NCBI GenBank assembly: GCA_903934925.1
Contig: CAIZPS010000054.1
Coordinates: 1-48,362 of the forward strand
Length of the DNA: 48,362 nt
Direction of reading: 5' to 3'
Origin: an uncultured bacterium
GTDB lineage: Bacteria > Actinomycetota > Actinomycetes > S36-B12
The notes under the pieces were generated by a model that searched no databases, was not told the DNA's origin, and worked only from the letters and a program-made list of their open reading frames with translations. Shown one piece after another: positions 46,523 through 48,362 of this stretch. The position numbers were made by a program, and so were the translations under genes. Position 1 is the first letter of the stretch; every line of letters begins with the position of its first letter.

Positions 46523-48196
46523 TCAGGTGGCCCGCCGCCGGGCCGCCGTGCGTCGCCGGCTCGGGCGCCACGAGCCCTCGCCGGACTCAAGCGCCGCGAG
46601 TCGCATCGACTCACCATGAGCCGCAAGGGCATCGACCAGCGATGGGATCGTTGACAGATCCGCCAGCACATCGACCCGCAGGCCGTGCTCCTCGGCAGCC
46701 TTGGCTGTCTGCGGCCCGATGCACGCGACGATCGTCGTGTGGTGCGGCTTGCCCGCGATGCCCACCAGATTGCGCACGGTGCTGCTCGACGTGAACAGCA
46801 CGGCGTCGAAGCCGCCCGTCTTGATCGCCTCGCGCGTGTCGGCCGGAGGCGGTGCAGCCCTGACGGTGCGGTAGGCCGTGATGTCCTCGACCTCCCAGCC
46901 CAGCTCGGCGAGCCCGGCGGCGAGTGTGTCGGTTGCGATATCTGCGCGGGGCAGGAACACGCGATTGATCGGATCGGTCAGGGAGTCGTAGTGCGGCCAC
47001 TCGTCCAGCAGCGCCGCCGTCGTCTGCTCACTGTCCGGAACGATGTCGGGGCGCACCCCGAACTCGACGAGCGAGGCGACCGTGGCCTCTCCTACGGCAG
47101 CGACCTTGAGCCCGGCGAAGGACCGTGCGTCGAGGCCGTACTCCTGCAGCTTCTCGCGGATCGCACGGACGGCATTCACGGAGGTGAAGCCGATCCACTC
47201 GTAGCGTCCCTGCACCAGCCCGTGCACCGCACGGTCGATCTGCTGCGGGGTGCGCGGCGGCTCCACCGAGATGGTCGGCACCTCGACCGGCACGGCGCCG
47301 TGCAGGCGGAGCAGTTCCATGATGGGACCGGAGTGGTCTTGGGTGCGCGGGATGAGGACGCGCCAGCCGAACAGCGCCTTGGTCTCGAACCAGTCGAGCT
47401 TGTCGCGCTGGTCGACGACGTGACCCACGACCACGACACCAGGGCCGGCCTGCCGCGAGGTCTTCGTGACCATGCGGATGGTCGCGAGCGTGGCGACGAT
47501 GCTTCGCTGATCGACCGTCGTGCCGCGTCGCGTCACGGCGATCGGCGTGGAGTCATCCGCGCCTGCCGACAGCAGGTGCTCGGCGATGTCTGCGGCGCGG
47601 TCCGCACCGTCGATGAAGACGAGGGTCGTGCGCGGGTCGATGAGGTCTGCCCACGGCACCTGGGTGTCGTGCGCGTCGACGATGCGGACCTGCCGAGTCT
47701 TGCCGCCAGTCAGCCCGAAACCCGCATAGGCCGGGACTCCCATGACCTCGCTGACGCCCGGAGCAAGTTCGAAGTCCAGCCGCGCCTTGCGCAGGGCTGC
47801 GGCCTCGTTCAGGAAGGAGCCGTCGAGAACAGGATCACCAGAGATCAGGCGCACCACGGAGCGACCGGCGCGGGACGCCTCGATCACCAACGCGGAACGA
47901 CCGGCCTGGTCGAGCGGTAGACCAGCGGAGTCAACGGCGACGACGACCTGCGCCTCGGTCGACGCATGCAGCCGAGCCAGGTCGGCCACGTCGGCGTCGA
48001 CGACGATGAGATCGGCGGAGGACAGCAGGTGAACCGCTCGCACGGTGAGCAGGTCGGCGGCACCCGGGCCGGCGGCGACGAGGGCGACATGCCCGTTCAC
48101 CGGGGCACGACGGGACTTCACGATGGGCTCGCTGACCTGCGCTTCAGGCACGTCGACCGCGGGCGCCGCCGGTGCCTTCGTCGCGGGCTTCGACAC
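46523..48196 (-). CDS. Bifunctional uroporphyrinogen-III C-methyltransferase-like / uroporphyrinogen-III synthase (HemD) protein; frame remains open to window end
   Basis: The N-terminal half is a tetrapyrrole-methylase fold (VALVAAGPGAADLLTVRA, VRLISGDPVLDG, APGVSEV). The C-terminal half is HemD-like (WRVLIPRT..., GFTSVNAVRA, VLFTSSSTVRN, IACIGPQTA). GTG 48194-48196 is the first start in the window. There is no in-frame stop between it and position 48362. Confidence 0.8.
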   Translation of the reverse strand: MSKPATKAPAAPAVDVPEAQVSEPIVKSRRAPVNGHVALVAAGPGAADLLTVRAVHLLSSADLIVVDADVADLARLHASTEAQVVVAVDSAGLPLDQAGRSALVIEASRAGRSVVRLISGDPVLDGSFLNEAAALRKARLDFELAPGVSEVMGVPAYAGFGLTGGKTRQVRIVDAHDTQVPWADLIDPRTTLVFIDGADRAADIAEHLLSAGADDSTPIAVTRRGTTVDQRSIVATLATIRMVTKTSRQAGPGVVVVGHVVDQRDKLDWFETKALFGWRVLIPRTQDHSGPIMELLRLHGAVPVEVPTISVEPPRTPQQIDRAVHGLVQGRYEWIGFTSVNAVRAIREKLQEYGLDARSFAGLKVAAVGEATVASLVEFGVRPDIVPDSEQTTAALLDEWPHYDSLTDPINRVFLPRADIATDTLAAGLAELGWEVEDITAYRTVRAAPPPADTREAIKTGGFDAVLFTSSSTVRNLVGIAGKPHHTTIVACIGPQTAKAAEEHGLRVDVLADLSTIPSLVDALAAHGESMRLAALESGEGSWRPSRRRTAARRRAT

Positions 48197-48224
48197 CGGC
48201 TTCGACGCTTCCGCCTTCGCTGCG

Positions 48225-48338
48225 GGCTTGGTCGCTGCAGGCTTGGTCGCTGCAGGCTTGGTCGCTGCCGCCTTCGCTACGGGCTTGGTCGCTGCAGGCT
48301 TCGTGGCTGCCGCCTTCGCTACGGGCTTAGTCGCTGCA
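48225..48338 (-). repeat. 15-nt / 42-nt in-frame tandem repeats encoding Lys-Pro-Ala-Ala-Thr type units
   Basis: The unit ggcttggtcgctgca and variants alternate with gccttcgctacg. The minus-strand translation is ...KPAATKPVAKAAATKPAATKPVAKAAATKPAATKPAATKPAAKAEASKP. Confidence 0.9.
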
Positions 48339-48362
48339 GGCTTCGCCGACGACTTCGCTGCG

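Overview
This is a densely coding, high-GC chromosomal segment that looks like Actinomycetota. Gene order resembles what I recall for the Streptomyces/Propionibacteriales secE-rpmG-kor-nuo-men region. Many adjacent genes share 1-nt or 4-nt start/stop overlaps (TGATG, ATGA, GTGA).

Gene content, left to right:
- nusG (5' part), secE and tRNA-Trp.
- Aspartate aminotransferase, murB, a HadA/HadB-like hydratase pair, rpmG, tRNA-Met and tRNA-Thr.
- A more accessory-looking block: SDR, agmatine deiminase, tRNA-Tyr, HAD hydrolase, a trimethylamine-dehydrogenase-family flavoprotein and YajQ.
- An orphan NuoB-like/NuoC-like/NuoI-like trio, transcribed divergently from korAB.
- rarD and an MFS transporter.
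- A complete nuoA-N operon (14 genes), followed 12 nt later by a polyprenyl diphosphate synthase.
- Menaquinone genes on the far side of nuo (menG, menF, menD-C-B, menE-A).
- Two small membrane proteins.
- System II cytochrome c maturation (ccsB, resB, ccdA, a TlpA/ResA-like lipoprotein).
- A histidine phosphatase.
- A fused uroporphyrinogen-III methyltransferase/synthase whose frame stays open to the window end.

I saw no rRNA, CRISPR array, transposase, integrase or phage genes.

The best candidate for something undescribed is the coupled NuoB/C/I-like operon at 10151-11408. It has no NuoD, NuoH or membrane partner, sits beside korAB, and has a perfect CTAG-containing palindrome in the shared promoter region.

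Secondary observations:
- The TMADH-family enzyme lacks the flavin-linking Cys and one Fe-S Cys.
- rarD has no canonical start codon.
- A CRP-type box lies upstream of nuoA.
- Several structured intergenic repeats are present.
- One convergent gene pair overlaps by 168 bp.

All calls come from reading the translations and DNA by eye. No searches were run.
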